Virus record (IMG/VR): IMGVR_UViG_3300010381_000012
Length of the DNA stretch: 64,000 nt
Direction: 5' to 3' (one strand)
DNA from: a virus
The notes under the pieces were generated by a model. The model saw only the letters and a program-made list of their open reading frames with translations. It searched no databases and was not told where the DNA came from. This document shows positions 9,476-17,685 of the stretch, one piece after another. The first letter of the stretch is position 1. Each line of letters starts with the position of its first letter. The translations under genes were made by a program, and so were the position numbers.

Positions 9476-10058
9476 GGGTGTCCTCCACGCGGACCACGTC
9501 CCAGCCCTCCGGGACTCCCGCCGGTTCGTGACAACTGTTGCAAATGACCTGCGTCCCCGGATTGGTGGCGGCCATGTGTTCCAGGGCCAGGGTAAGGTGA
9601 GCCTCGTCGAGCTCGGCCGCCTCGAGGATCAGCACTCGGTGCTTGGCGTCACCCAGGAGCGCATGGGCCAGGGCCGCGTCGAACAGCACACGTTGCCCGC
9701 CGGAAAGGCCGGCGTGGGGAATCTCCTCCCCATCCGGCCGCCTCCAGGCCAGGGCCACGGCGCCGTCGTCCTCGATGCGCATGTCCGCCTTCCCCTCGGG
9801 GAGAATCTGCCCCATGGCGGTGGCCAGCTTGGCACAGGTGGCGGCCACGGCCTTGGCCTTCTGGCTTTTGAGGTCCTCCAGGATGGCCTTGGCTTCCCCG
9901 GCGGCTTTGCGGGCTTCGGCGGCCTTGGTCCGCTCGGCCTCGGCCGCCTCGTCCAGCCCCTTGGCTTGGTTGTAGAGGGCGATCTCACCCCGCAGAGACT
10001 TCAAGCGGGCCTCGAGGCCCGCTATTTGTTGTTCAAGAATCGCAGTGTCGGCGCTCAT
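9462..10058 (-). CDS. Rad50/SMC-like ABC ATPase, C-terminal half
   Basis: N-terminal coiled coil; signature LSGGQ; Walker B/D-loop-like VLILEAAELDE; H-loop NSCH. Confidence 0.8.
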   Translation of the reverse strand: MSADTAILEQQIAGLEARLKSLRGEIALYNQAKGLDEAAEAERTKAAEARKAAGEAKAILEDLKSQKAKAVAATCAKLATAMGQILPEGKADMRIEDDGAVALAWRRPDGEEIPHAGLSGGQRVLFDAALAHALLGDAKHRVLILEAAELDEAHLTLALEHMAATNPGTQVICNSCHEPAGVPEGWDVVRVEDTHGNA

Positions 10059-11008
10059 GCGGCCTCCCGTGGCAGGCCCTTGCGGGCCTTGGCCAACTCC
10101 TGTTTGATGACCATGCGCGCGGCGCACACGTCGCAGCCGGTTCGGCCCATGGTGGAAAGGATGCGCTCGAGGATAGCGGCCATGTCGGGAGCGGCCACCT
10201 GCGGCGTGTCCATGTGCGGGGGGGCGGACGGGAACAGTTCGGGGCCTGCCGAGCCGACGACATACCCGGAGGCGTCCAGCGGGCCACCTTGGGCCGGCTG
10301 CTCGGCCTGCCGTGCTTCGGCCTTGGTCTGCTCCTCGGCCCGGGCCGCCGCGATCCGCTCCGCTTCCAGGTCGGCACGAGCCTGGGCCAAGTCGGCCTCG
10401 GCCTGCTCGATCTCGTGTTGCTTGTCGGCCATGGTTCCGGCCGGAAGCTGGAGATTGGAGCGACGGGAAAGTACGGTCGCTACGGCGGTCATGGCCTCGC
10501 GCTCCTGCCGCTCCAGGTCGTTGACGCGTTTCGTCTGCGCCTCGATCTTGGCCGCGATGTCGCGCACGTTGCCCTCGGGCGGGAACAGGCGGAAAAGCTC
10601 GTCGACCTTCTTGGCGTCCGAAAATCCCAGGAAAACGGAGAGGTCCACCAGGGCCACATCGGCCAGGGCCCGGGCGTATTCGTCCGGCTTTACGCGGATG
10701 CCACCGACATGAAGGTCCTGGGACACGGTTCCTTTGGTCGAACGCTGCCAGCGGCGTTCAAGCTTGGTGCCGTTTTCCAGCACCACCCCGGCGCGAAGAT
10801 CCTTGCCGTCCTGGCTCTTGAATGCGTCCAAAATGGCCGCGTTTTGCTTTCCTCCCGCTCCCGGCACGTAGCCGAGCACGGCGAGTTGTAGGGCTTGGCT
10901 CCGGCTGGACTTACCGGAGCCGTTTGGCCCCACCACCAGGGTCAGCCCCTTCAAGGGGGCCTTGAACGTGGCCCCCTTGAAGCTGTGGGCGATGACGGCG
11001 GGGATCAC
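10055..11008 (-). CDS. Rad50/SMC-like ABC ATPase, N-terminal half
   Basis: SFKG; Walker A GPNGSGKS; coiled coil; C-terminal CDVC. Confidence 0.85.
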   Translation of the reverse strand: MIPAVIAHSFKGATFKAPLKGLTLVVGPNGSGKSSRSQALQLAVLGYVPGAGGKQNAAILDAFKSQDGKDLRAGVVLENGTKLERRWQRSTKGTVSQDLHVGGIRVKPDEYARALADVALVDLSVFLGFSDAKKVDELFRLFPPEGNVRDIAAKIEAQTKRVNDLERQEREAMTAVATVLSRRSNLQLPAGTMADKQHEIEQAEADLAQARADLEAERIAAARAEEQTKAEARQAEQPAQGGPLDASGYVVGSAGPELFPSAPPHMDTPQVAAPDMAAILERILSTMGRTGCDVCAARMVIKQELAKARKGLPREAA

Positions 11009-12306
11009 GACGCTTCCCCATCAACCATGCGGGAGATGATGTTGTAGAGCTCCCGGGCCTGGGCAGGCGTCACGGCCGCGTCGGGCTTGATGCTCATGCG
11101 CAGGCGGGCCTTACGGTCTTCGTCTGGGCAGGCCTCGCGGGTGGCCTCGTAGTTGGCGAGGTCCTTTTTATCGGCGTCGGACAGCTCAAAGATGGCTTTG
11201 GCCGTCTCGGGCTTTTCGGCCTGGGGCGCAGCCGGCGGAACGTCATCGGCGGCATGGTCATAGGTGCCGTTGCCGTTCGGGGCCATGTCGATGGGCGCGG
11301 AGGCTTCGGCCGGGGGAAGTTCGGGGGCGCTGTCTTCGTCTTCGGCCCCAATCAGGTCGGGCTCGGCGTCCATGTGGTCGGTGCCTTTGGCATATTCAAT
11401 GGTCATGGGCTTCTCACCCTCGCTCAAGGCAATATGCCCTTGTCCCGACCCGAGAGCCTCCACCTGCCCCAGCATCGAATCGTAGGCGGTGCCGTCCCAC
11501 TTCATGAGGCCCCCGTTCATCGGCCGCCAACAGAGGATGGCCAAGTCCCAGCGGTTCCCAGGGGCCTTTTGGAGCCCAGAAAGGTGCTTGCAGGCATTTC
11601 TGCAGGCGAACGTTTGCGCGAAATCCATGGCCTTTTTTTCGCGGTTGATAATCGTTTTATACCATTCCAAGGCCTCCTTATGGGAGGAGTCCACCCATAG
11701 AGCCATGACCTCATCAAAAGCGTAGCGGCCCCAGTCACCCGGCTCTTTCGGTTTTCCCGCATCGATCGGGCGCAGTTTGAACGCCTGCGGCATCTTGGCG
11801 GCCTTGGCGAGAAGGTCGATCATCCGGTAGCCGGGAACGTCGTAAAACGTCGTCCAGTCCCGAACCATGGGGATACCCTTGTCGGAGAAACGAAACGCGA
11901 TGGCGCGGGCGTAGATGCCCTTGATCCTGCCGTTGGAGTCGTCACGAACCACATGCGGGTTCGTTTGCGGAACACCGTCGACGATGACCGTCTTGGGGAA
12001 AATAACGTTCGCGCCGGCGGCTTCGGACCATTTTTCATAGCCTTGGGCGGAAATGACGTGGGGTCCTCCCGGGACAGGCTGCACAAGGCCGCCATTCTCC
12101 ACGGAAAGCGTCAAGCGTTGTTTGAAGGCCTTGATCTGACCCGAGGAATCCCGAAGCGTGAAAGCTTCGTTTGCGCCAAGGGCGACCACGTCCTTGCTGT
12201 GCATGGCCGCGAGGTACGCGGTCAGGGTCTTCCCTTCCTTGGGCATGCTGGCTACCACGGCCCCAAGGGCGGCCTGGGCCTCGGTTTGCAAATTGGCATA
12301 GGTCAT
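11005..12306 (-). CDS. Large phage protein, possibly a ssDNA-annealing recombinase
   Basis: 433 aa, globular N-part with acidic low-complexity tail; position in recombination cluster. Function is an inference. Confidence 0.6.
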   Translation of the reverse strand: MTYANLQTEAQAALGAVVASMPKEGKTLTAYLAAMHSKDVVALGANEAFTLRDSSGQIKAFKQRLTLSVENGGLVQPVPGGPHVISAQGYEKWSEAAGANVIFPKTVIVDGVPQTNPHVVRDDSNGRIKGIYARAIAFRFSDKGIPMVRDWTTFYDVPGYRMIDLLAKAAKMPQAFKLRPIDAGKPKEPGDWGRYAFDEVMALWVDSSHKEALEWYKTIINREKKAMDFAQTFACRNACKHLSGLQKAPGNRWDLAILCWRPMNGGLMKWDGTAYDSMLGQVEALGSGQGHIALSEGEKPMTIEYAKGTDHMDAEPDLIGAEDEDSAPELPPAEASAPIDMAPNGNGTYDHAADDVPPAAPQAEKPETAKAIFELSDADKKDLANYEATREACPDEDRKARLRMSIKPDAAVTPAQARELYNIISRMVDGEAS

Positions 12307-12346
12307 GGGGTTCCTCCTTGACTTCTTCGGCCGTCCGGCCGACGAA

Positions 12347-12544
12347 TTAGCTTGCTTGTTTTTGCTCCACGCAGGAGATTTTCTTGGCCGCCCCGATGTC
12401 CCCGCATTGGGGCGGATCGTTTTTGTGGCCGCAGTCGCGGCAACGGCATTCGCCCCACAGGCGGTTGCCGCAGTTCTCGCAAAAATGGACGAGCAGGGCC
12501 GGATGCGCGATCGTGAGCATGGTGGCATGGTGGGTGGCGGTCAT
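12347..12544 (-). CDS. Zinc-ribbon microprotein
   Basis: FCENCG...CRCRDCG. Confidence 0.6.
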   Translation of the reverse strand: MTATHHATMLTIAHPALLVHFCENCGNRLWGECRCRDCGHKNDPPQCGDIGAAKKISCVEQKQAS

Positions 12545-12789
12545 GACGCACCCCCGGCGCCAACGGTTTCGCGGGTACATTCTTTCGGGGAAACCGGGGC
12601 CTCCGCCGGTCGCTCATCGTCGGACCTCCAGTGCTGGTCGCAATAAGCGCTGTCGGGCATGTAGATTGCCCCCACCCCTCGCAGGCCGTAATCTCGGCGC
12701 AGGGGCTCCAGCACATCCACGCAAAATCCGCCGTCCCCACGGAGTTCGCAGTTGCCGCAGCAATCACCGGGCTTACGTTGGCGGGCCAT
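12541..12789 (-). CDS. Cys-rich hypothetical protein
   Basis: CCGNCE..FC..YCDQH; GGAGG RBS. Confidence 0.65.
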   Translation of the reverse strand: MARQRKPGDCCGNCELRGDGGFCVDVLEPLRRDYGLRGVGAIYMPDSAYCDQHWRSDDERPAEAPVSPKECTRETVGAGGAS

Positions 12790-12792
12790 GAC

Positions 12793-12957
12793 CTACCTCC
12801 CCGTCGGCCACATGCCGACTTCGCTCTTGAGCGCGTAATACTGTTCCTCGACATGCCCGGGGTTGCGCACCGCGCTCACAAGCATGGCGGCTACAAGCGC
12901 GACACCGACGATGATTCCGGCCATTGTGATGTGCCAATACTGGTGATCTCGCTCCAT
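12793..12957 (-). CDS. Small membrane protein
   Basis: AGGAGG RBS; TM segment ITMAGIIVGVALVAAMLVSAV. Confidence 0.65.
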   Translation of the reverse strand: MERDHQYWHITMAGIIVGVALVAAMLVSAVRNPGHVEEQYYALKSEVGMWPTGR

Positions 12958-13046
12958 AGCCGCCCTCCTTGGAAAATTAAGGGCCGCCCTCCTAGCCAAG
13001 GCGGCCCTGCTGCGGACGATTCCGCGTCACCAGCGCGAGGCTGGGA

Positions 13047-13180
13047 AGGATGGTTGATTGCGCTCATCCGCGCGGGACTTGCAACGACGGTAACAAGGCT
13101 TGGCCTCCCGGTCCCTTCTGCGAGCGGAGACATGCGAAACCGCCTGGCAGCCTTTCGGCCACTGACCAATCAACCACCCT
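13047..13180 (-). ncRNA. Candidate structured RNA (multibranch)
   Basis: 14-bp closing stem 13047-13060/13167-13180 (one G-U); internal GCC-GAAA-GGC and GGGAC/GTCCC helices; no credible ORF. Confidence 0.4.
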
Positions 13181-13713
13181 CACCAACCCCACGCCACGGG
13201 CGGCCAACCCCTTTGCTTTAGTCGGCCGCCCGTGGTCATGAGCTTTCCTTTGCCACTGCACGGATTTTACAGCGCCGCGCGCGCTATAGCCGTAGACGTT
13301 TGGGAGGATCTTTTCCCGACAACGAGTGCCTTACTTCTCGCTACCGGGATGGATGGGACGACAAGCGCAACGTCCTGCGTAGGCCGTAGCCATCAAGTCC
13401 AGCGTCTTCTTTCGTCATCGTCCCATCTCTCGCCCACCACGCGGCCGGCTGTATCCGCGCCTCTCGGCATTGTTTACCGGCCGCACGATGGGCTATTGCA
13501 AGACACCTCTGCCATGCCGCAGTGGGGGCCACGGCCCCGGCCGTAACGTGGCCGGTGACGGTTGAAGTGGATAAAGCCGGCCCCGGGATGTCCTAACGAT
13601 GAACTTCTTCCCTGCCGTGGCTAGGCCTTGAACTACAGGGCATTCATCCACCGAACCCTCCCCATCAAAGTCGGGCGTCCAGGGCATCCCAGGAGATTTG
13701 CTTGAGACTCGAA

Positions 13714-13837
13714 CGTGTGGCTGGCCGGGCTTGATACCGGCTCCGGTCTTGCAGGACCCGTCTAAAAACGGGGAATCCACCGGGGCTGATCGCCTGCTAC
13801 GTTCGGGCCGCGTGTCCTTCCACGCCGCAGCCACACG
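13714..13837 (-). ncRNA. Cloverleaf RNA resembling phage C4-type antisense RNA
   Basis: Perfect 10-bp closing stem CGTGTGGCTG/CAGCCACACG; arms GCGTG-GAAGGA-CACGC and GCCGG-TATCAAGC-CCGGC. Confidence 0.6.
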
Positions 13838-13912
13838 CTCGGTTCCCAAGCGTGGCGGGGGACTCATCATCCCCAGCCAAGTAATCCAGTGGCATTGGTA
13901 CATGGTCGCCGT

Positions 13913-14158
13913 TTACAGTTCGCTTCCATTCATCTGTTCGTGCCATCTGGTGGATTCCGACTTATTCCCGGTGAGCGCGGACTGGATTCTGGATAATGTT
14001 CCCACGGCGTCGGTGTGGTGCATTTCGAGAGTTTGAAGGAAGCGCACGATCTCTTCCGCCTTATCTCCGCCCAAAGCGATGATGGCCGTATAAGCCTTGT
14101 TGTACTGCTTGCTTATTTCGTGCTTGTCATTGGAAGTATGCAGCGTGGTCATAAACAC
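13913..14158 (-). CDS. Hypothetical protein
   Basis: GGAGGT RBS; 81 aa helical ORF. Confidence 0.6.
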   Translation of the reverse strand: MFMTTLHTSNDKHEISKQYNKAYTAIIALGGDKAEEIVRFLQTLEMHHTDAVGTLSRIQSALTGNKSESTRWHEQMNGSEL

Positions 14159-14405
14159 CTCCCCTTTTTTCGGTCAGGTCCCACGCCGTGCGCGAGGCCA
14201 ATCCCGAGGGCGTCCGAAGACGCCCCGGTATAAATTCGTCGTTTCGCATTGCTCGATCGAGGCTCGAACGGGCCTTGTTTGTACGTCGCAGAGCGTGACC
14301 CCACGATGCGACGGTGGTTTGCGGGTAGGACTCTTCGGGGGCCAAAACCCTCGCCTCTTCGCGGTCATCCTGTGACCGCGTTCTTCACCCGCAGGGCCAA
14401 CTAAA

Positions 14406-14566
14406 TTTTCAAAGATCGCATCGAGCCTGGAATGGATGGCTGGCCGCATGGGGTTGCGGTTGCCACACCGCGCCTACCGTTACGGGCTGGCTTGCCCATC
14501 CTCGTCACCACGCCATGCGGCTAGAGGTTCGCAGCCATCCGTTCCAAGCTCGATTGTCAAAGATCG
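14406..14566 (-). promoter_or_regulatory. Two boxA-like antitermination sites
   Basis: Minus strand CGATCTTTGACAA (14554-14566) and GCGATCTTTGAAAA (14406-14419) resemble lambdoid/rrn boxA. Confidence 0.5.
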
Positions 14567-14819
14567 TTAGTGGTTGAGTTGTAAAGAAATCCTTAACAAC
14601 TGAGCCTTTGCCGCCTGTTGCTCCCTTCTTGCCTCGGCTTCCGCTCCTGCATGTGCTTTCCCCCGCCCTGGCAGTCCCTCGTGGGCCTGTGCTCCAGTTT
14701 GGTTGCGGCTTATGCTGTGCGTCTGCTTCGGCTGTCTAAGAGCTGTCCCGCTCCGCCCTGGCCCGGCCATCCGGCGTGTGCTCGGGGAGGCGGGTGGGCC
14801 ATGTGCGTTGCGTTGGGCA

Positions 14820-14903
14820 AAGTCTTAATCAAATCGGGTTAGCAGTCAAGGCAAATTTAATCTTATTTGCAAAAACCAAATATGGCTAAAATTTTTTGAT
14901 TAG
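14820..14903 (-). promoter_or_regulatory. PL-like leftward promoter with repressor operators
   Basis: TTGACT-17-AAGACT; 18-bp pseudo-palindromes TTAATCAAATCGGGTTAG (14825-14842) and CTAAAATTTTTTGATTAG (14886-14903). Confidence 0.6.
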
Positions 14904-14998
14904 CCTGGGGAGGGAGAGGGGGCAAATCGTGGGTAACGGGAGGCCTGCTTTTTGCTTACAAAGCAACTCGCGGGAGGTTAACATCTAAAATACGAGGT

Positions 14999-15379
14999 AT
15001 GCAGATGTCTGAATTCTTGTCTTTATGCGAAATGGCAAACAAGCTCAGCATGGTTGGCGTTGCGATTATCGAAGTGAACGAAGAAAAGTTAGGGCTTACT
15101 ATATCAGATTGCAGCGACAACTATTGTGCCATGATTGGCATAGGAAGAAATGAGCTTATCGGGAGGGACCCACGCGCCTACAAAGAATACGAAGACGGCG
15201 CGCGGATAGATGACTTTTTGACGCACTTACAGATGGGGCAAGTGAACGAGGTTGAATACACGGAAGTGTATTCTTGCGGCCTGAAGGATAAAAAAAAGAC
15301 GGTGGCCATACCATTTCGGTACGGCAACCGCCTTTATTATGTTTCTATGTGTATGTCGCTATTGCTTACTCATATCTGA
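14999..15379 (+). CDS. Stand-alone PAS-like domain protein
   Basis: GVAIIE..ISDCSDNYCAMIGIGRNELIGRDP matches the PAS N-x2-F/Y-x3-G-x4-E-x2-G pattern. Confidence 0.6.
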   Translation: MQMSEFLSLCEMANKLSMVGVAIIEVNEEKLGLTISDCSDNYCAMIGIGRNELIGRDPRAYKEYEDGARIDDFLTHLQMGQVNEVEYTEVYSCGLKDKKKTVAIPFRYGNRLYYVSMCMSLLLTHI

Positions 15380-16153
15380 CCAAGAGTAGACGACCTTCCC
15401 GATAACAACGTTTGACAGCTGGTCCTCAAATTCTTGCGTAACATTTATAGAATAAGGAGGGAAAAACTTATTGTCAGAATGCACAATCAATAGAGACTCC
15501 ATCCCTTGTTGTTGAAGGCTCAATCTTTTGACAGCTATGCCATCATACTTGTCACGAATGAGGAAGATGTTCCCTTTGTTTATTGATGGTATGATGATGT
15601 CGTTCCTGTCTATAACTATAAAATCGCCGGGGTGAAGTGTTGGCTCCATGCTGTTTTGTTTATCAGCGAGGCGAGAACATAGCAGGTTTCTACGTCGTAA
15701 CAGGGCTGGTATGTTTTTCCATAAAATACACCAGCCCTGTATTCCATCCTCAGGTATAAGCCCGGGCCCGGCGGCAACCTCTGCCGATGTTAGTGGGATG
15801 GCCCGATATTCATCCCCCACAGGCGGCGGCGTATTCCCTTCGATATTCAAAAGCTCCGGGCTGGCGAACGTCAAGGACCTGTCGGTGACGTTGACCTCGC
15901 CGGGCCAAACGAGTTTTACACCAATTTTATCAAGTATCTCGCAAACATCCTTATAACCAGTGTTGATACCACGGCCGAGGCGGTTTAGGGTGTTTTGTTT
16001 AACCCCCCATTCCCTGGCCGCTGCGCTCTCGTTCCCATCAAACTGATCGGCAACTAGGCGCTTCACTTTTTCGCGGACATCCTGGGCTAACGACATACCA
16101 CCCCCGCTTTTTCCGTCGGGGGTAGTGGGTTTCTCATTTTTTGTCTTAATCAT
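15359..16153 (-). CDS. cI: CI-type repressor (HTH + S24 peptidase); alternative start 16096
   Basis: HTH ESAAAREWGVKQNTLNRL; AG cleavage site (AAGPG); catalytic SMEP and VKRL. Confidence 0.93.
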   Translation of the reverse strand: MIKTKNEKPTTPDGKSGGGMSLAQDVREKVKRLVADQFDGNESAAAREWGVKQNTLNRLGRGINTGYKDVCEILDKIGVKLVWPGEVNVTDRSLTFASPELLNIEGNTPPPVGDEYRAIPLTSAEVAAGPGLIPEDGIQGWCILWKNIPALLRRRNLLCSRLADKQNSMEPTLHPGDFIVIDRNDIIIPSINKGNIFLIRDKYDGIAVKRLSLQQQGMESLLIVHSDNKFFPPYSINVTQEFEDQLSNVVIGKVVYSWSDMSKQ

Positions 16154-16203
16154 ATCGCAACTACAGCCTTGACAGTCTAATCATATCAGATTAGCCTGAA
16201 GTC
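16146..16203 (+). promoter_or_regulatory. PR promoter and operator
   Basis: TTGACA (16169-74)-17-TAGCCT (16192-97); palindrome CTAATC-ATATCA-GATTAG at 16177-16194; half-site TAATCATATC at 16147-16156. Confidence 0.75.
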
Positions 16204-16464
16204 ATGAACACGGAAAAAGAGCTTCAAAATCTGGTAACTACCCACAATGTCAGCCAAACGTTCATCGCTGAGCGAAGCGGGGTTTCCCAAATCACAGTTT
16301 CCCGCTGTTTCCGTGGTTTGGCTAACAATCCCAGGCTCAATACTCATAAAAGACTAAAAAGAGCCATCCGTCAAATCAAGCGGGAGCTGGTGGAGGGGAC
16401 GCTTCCCCGGGAAGCGTTTCGCTACGCCCGTCCGGTTGAAGCTCCCCAGCACGCGGAGGCCTAG
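16204..16464 (+). CDS. cro: Cro-like HTH regulator
   Basis: VSQTFIAERSGVSQITVSR; divergent from cI. Confidence 0.88.
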   Translation: MNTEKELQNLVTTHNVSQTFIAERSGVSQITVSRCFRGLANNPRLNTHKRLKRAIRQIKRELVEGTLPREAFRYARPVEAPQHAEA

Positions 16465-16466
16465 CC

Positions 16467-16574
16467 ATGCCCGAGACCTCCGCCCTCCTCCTCTCTATCT
16501 CCCTGGCCTCATTCGCTGCCGCCGGCGTCATTCTCGTGGCGTTCCTGCGCAGGCTGCGCCGGGGGCATCGATGA
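16467..16574 (+). CDS. 35-aa membrane micropeptide
   Basis: MPETSALLLSISLASFAAAGVILVAFLRRLRRGHR; GGAGG RBS. Confidence 0.55.
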   Translation: MPETSALLLSISLASFAAAGVILVAFLRRLRRGHR

Positions 16575-16740
16575 CCCGCTCGAAGCAAGCCATATCGGCC
16601 GGCGTTTCGGCCTCCACCAGCTTGTACCCCTTGAGACAGGCCCGCACGTCGTTGGCCGGGGCCATGACGGGGGAGCGAGCCCATTGTGCGCACTCGCTAC
16701 AGGTCGGGAGTTTCACCGCAGTCTCCAATGGGCAGGGCAA
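16528..16740 (-). CDS. Cys-rich hypothetical protein (antisense to early-right operon)
   Basis: TCSECAQW..AC..AC.FE. Confidence 0.4.
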   Translation of the reverse strand: MPCPLETAVKLPTCSECAQWARSPVMAPANDVRACLKGYKLVEAETPADMACFERVIDAPGAACAGTPRE

Positions 16741-16972
16741 GCTGCATCTCGATGAGCCCCGGGAATCGTTCGATGGCCATCCTCTCGGCCTCGCGCACGA
16801 GTTGCGGCCACGGCATGTCAGCCGGACGTTTCATGGTGCGCCAGCGCACGGCATCGGCGGAGCGCACGCGCAGCAAGACGTAGATGATGCCGGGGCAATC
16901 GGGGTCTGTGTAGGGGTGTATGGAGAGATGTTTTTGCTCGGGCATGGGAACACGATACTCGCCCATGCGCAA
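16697..16972 (-). CDS. Hypothetical protein (antisense)
   Basis: Protein-like composition HPYTDPDCPGIIYVLLRV. Confidence 0.45.
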   Translation of the reverse strand: MRMGEYRVPMPEQKHLSIHPYTDPDCPGIIYVLLRVRSADAVRWRTMKRPADMPWPQLVREAERMAIERFPGLIEMQLALPIGDCGETPDL

Positions 16973-17000
16973 CCGGCAACCATAACATTGTAGGCTGTTT

Positions 17001-17516
17001 ATGGAAATTAATACCGCAGGTTACAACGAGTTTTTGAGCTGCATCAAGGACATGGTGCTCGGCGATCCGAAAAGCATTGAGGTTTTCGCGGATGGCCTCG
17101 GCGTCTCCGTGTCCCACCTCTATCAAAAGCTCGACCCGAATTACCCCGACGCCAAGCTCCACGCCCGTGAGGCCTTCATTTTGATGATGAACTGCGAAAA
17201 CCCGCAGCCGCTTTTGATGCTTTGCGGGAAAAAGAGCCTGTCTGTCTCAAATTTGGATGGTGTCGAACCGGATAAAGACACCGTCGAAAAGGAGTTGCTG
17301 GACAACGCCAGCGCCTACGCCCGCTATCAGGGCGTGCTGGCCGATCCGAACTCGACCGAGGACGACGCCATCAAGGCCCGCATGAAACTGGATGACGAGC
17401 TCAACCAAGACCATGTCTTATTCTGCCGGGCTCGTGCCAAGGGCCATGTCTATGCCCCAGGCGGAACTATGCGCACGACGCACATCCCTTCCGCCAAGCG
17501 GGGTGCGCACCAATGA
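17001..17516 (+). CDS. Phage regulatory CII-like protein
   Basis: FADGLGVSVSHLYQKLDPN..KLH pattern; position after cro. Confidence 0.75.
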   Translation: MEINTAGYNEFLSCIKDMVLGDPKSIEVFADGLGVSVSHLYQKLDPNYPDAKLHAREAFILMMNCENPQPLLMLCGKKSLSVSNLDGVEPDKDTVEKELLDNASAYARYQGVLADPNSTEDDAIKARMKLDDELNQDHVLFCRARAKGHVYAPGGTMRTTHIPSAKRGAHQ

Positions 17517-17683
17517 CCATCCCCGACACCTGTCCGCAAGCTACTGCCTATCCAATCCCGGAAGTCTGCCGCGACTACCTGCGCGTCGATCAGCATCAGT
17601 GCATCAACTGTGGTGAGGCCGAGCGCCTGCGCCAGCAGCAGCAACGGCGGCGTGCGGACGCTGTCGCGAAGGGGGTGCGGTAG
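17513..17683 (+). CDS. Cys-containing microprotein
   Basis: MTIPDTCPQ..VCRDY..HQCINCGE; ATGA coupled. Confidence 0.55.
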   Translation: MTIPDTCPQATAYPIPEVCRDYLRVDQHQCINCGEAERLRQQQQRRRADAVAKGVR

Positions 17684-17685
17684 CC

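Noticed and set aside
7913-9547. 544-aa plus-strand ORF (also 9345-10712, 35346-36365, 38675-39910, 43541-45472)
   Set aside because: Antisense shadows of well-supported GC-rich genes; no recognisable motifs.
13047-13427. Hammerhead ribozyme or intact tRNA
   Set aside because: The CUGANGA core is broken (CGGATGA, ATGACGA); no 7-nt anticodon loop or TTC T-loop.
13493-13903. 136-aa minus-strand ORF over the cloverleaf RNA
   Set aside because: Pro/Arg/Gly-rich composition typical of non-coding GC-rich DNA; overlaps a better-supported RNA structure.
14567-14770. Lambda N-like antiterminator ORF
   Set aside because: Arg-rich motif too weak and no clear RBS; kept only as a caveat in the boxA finding.
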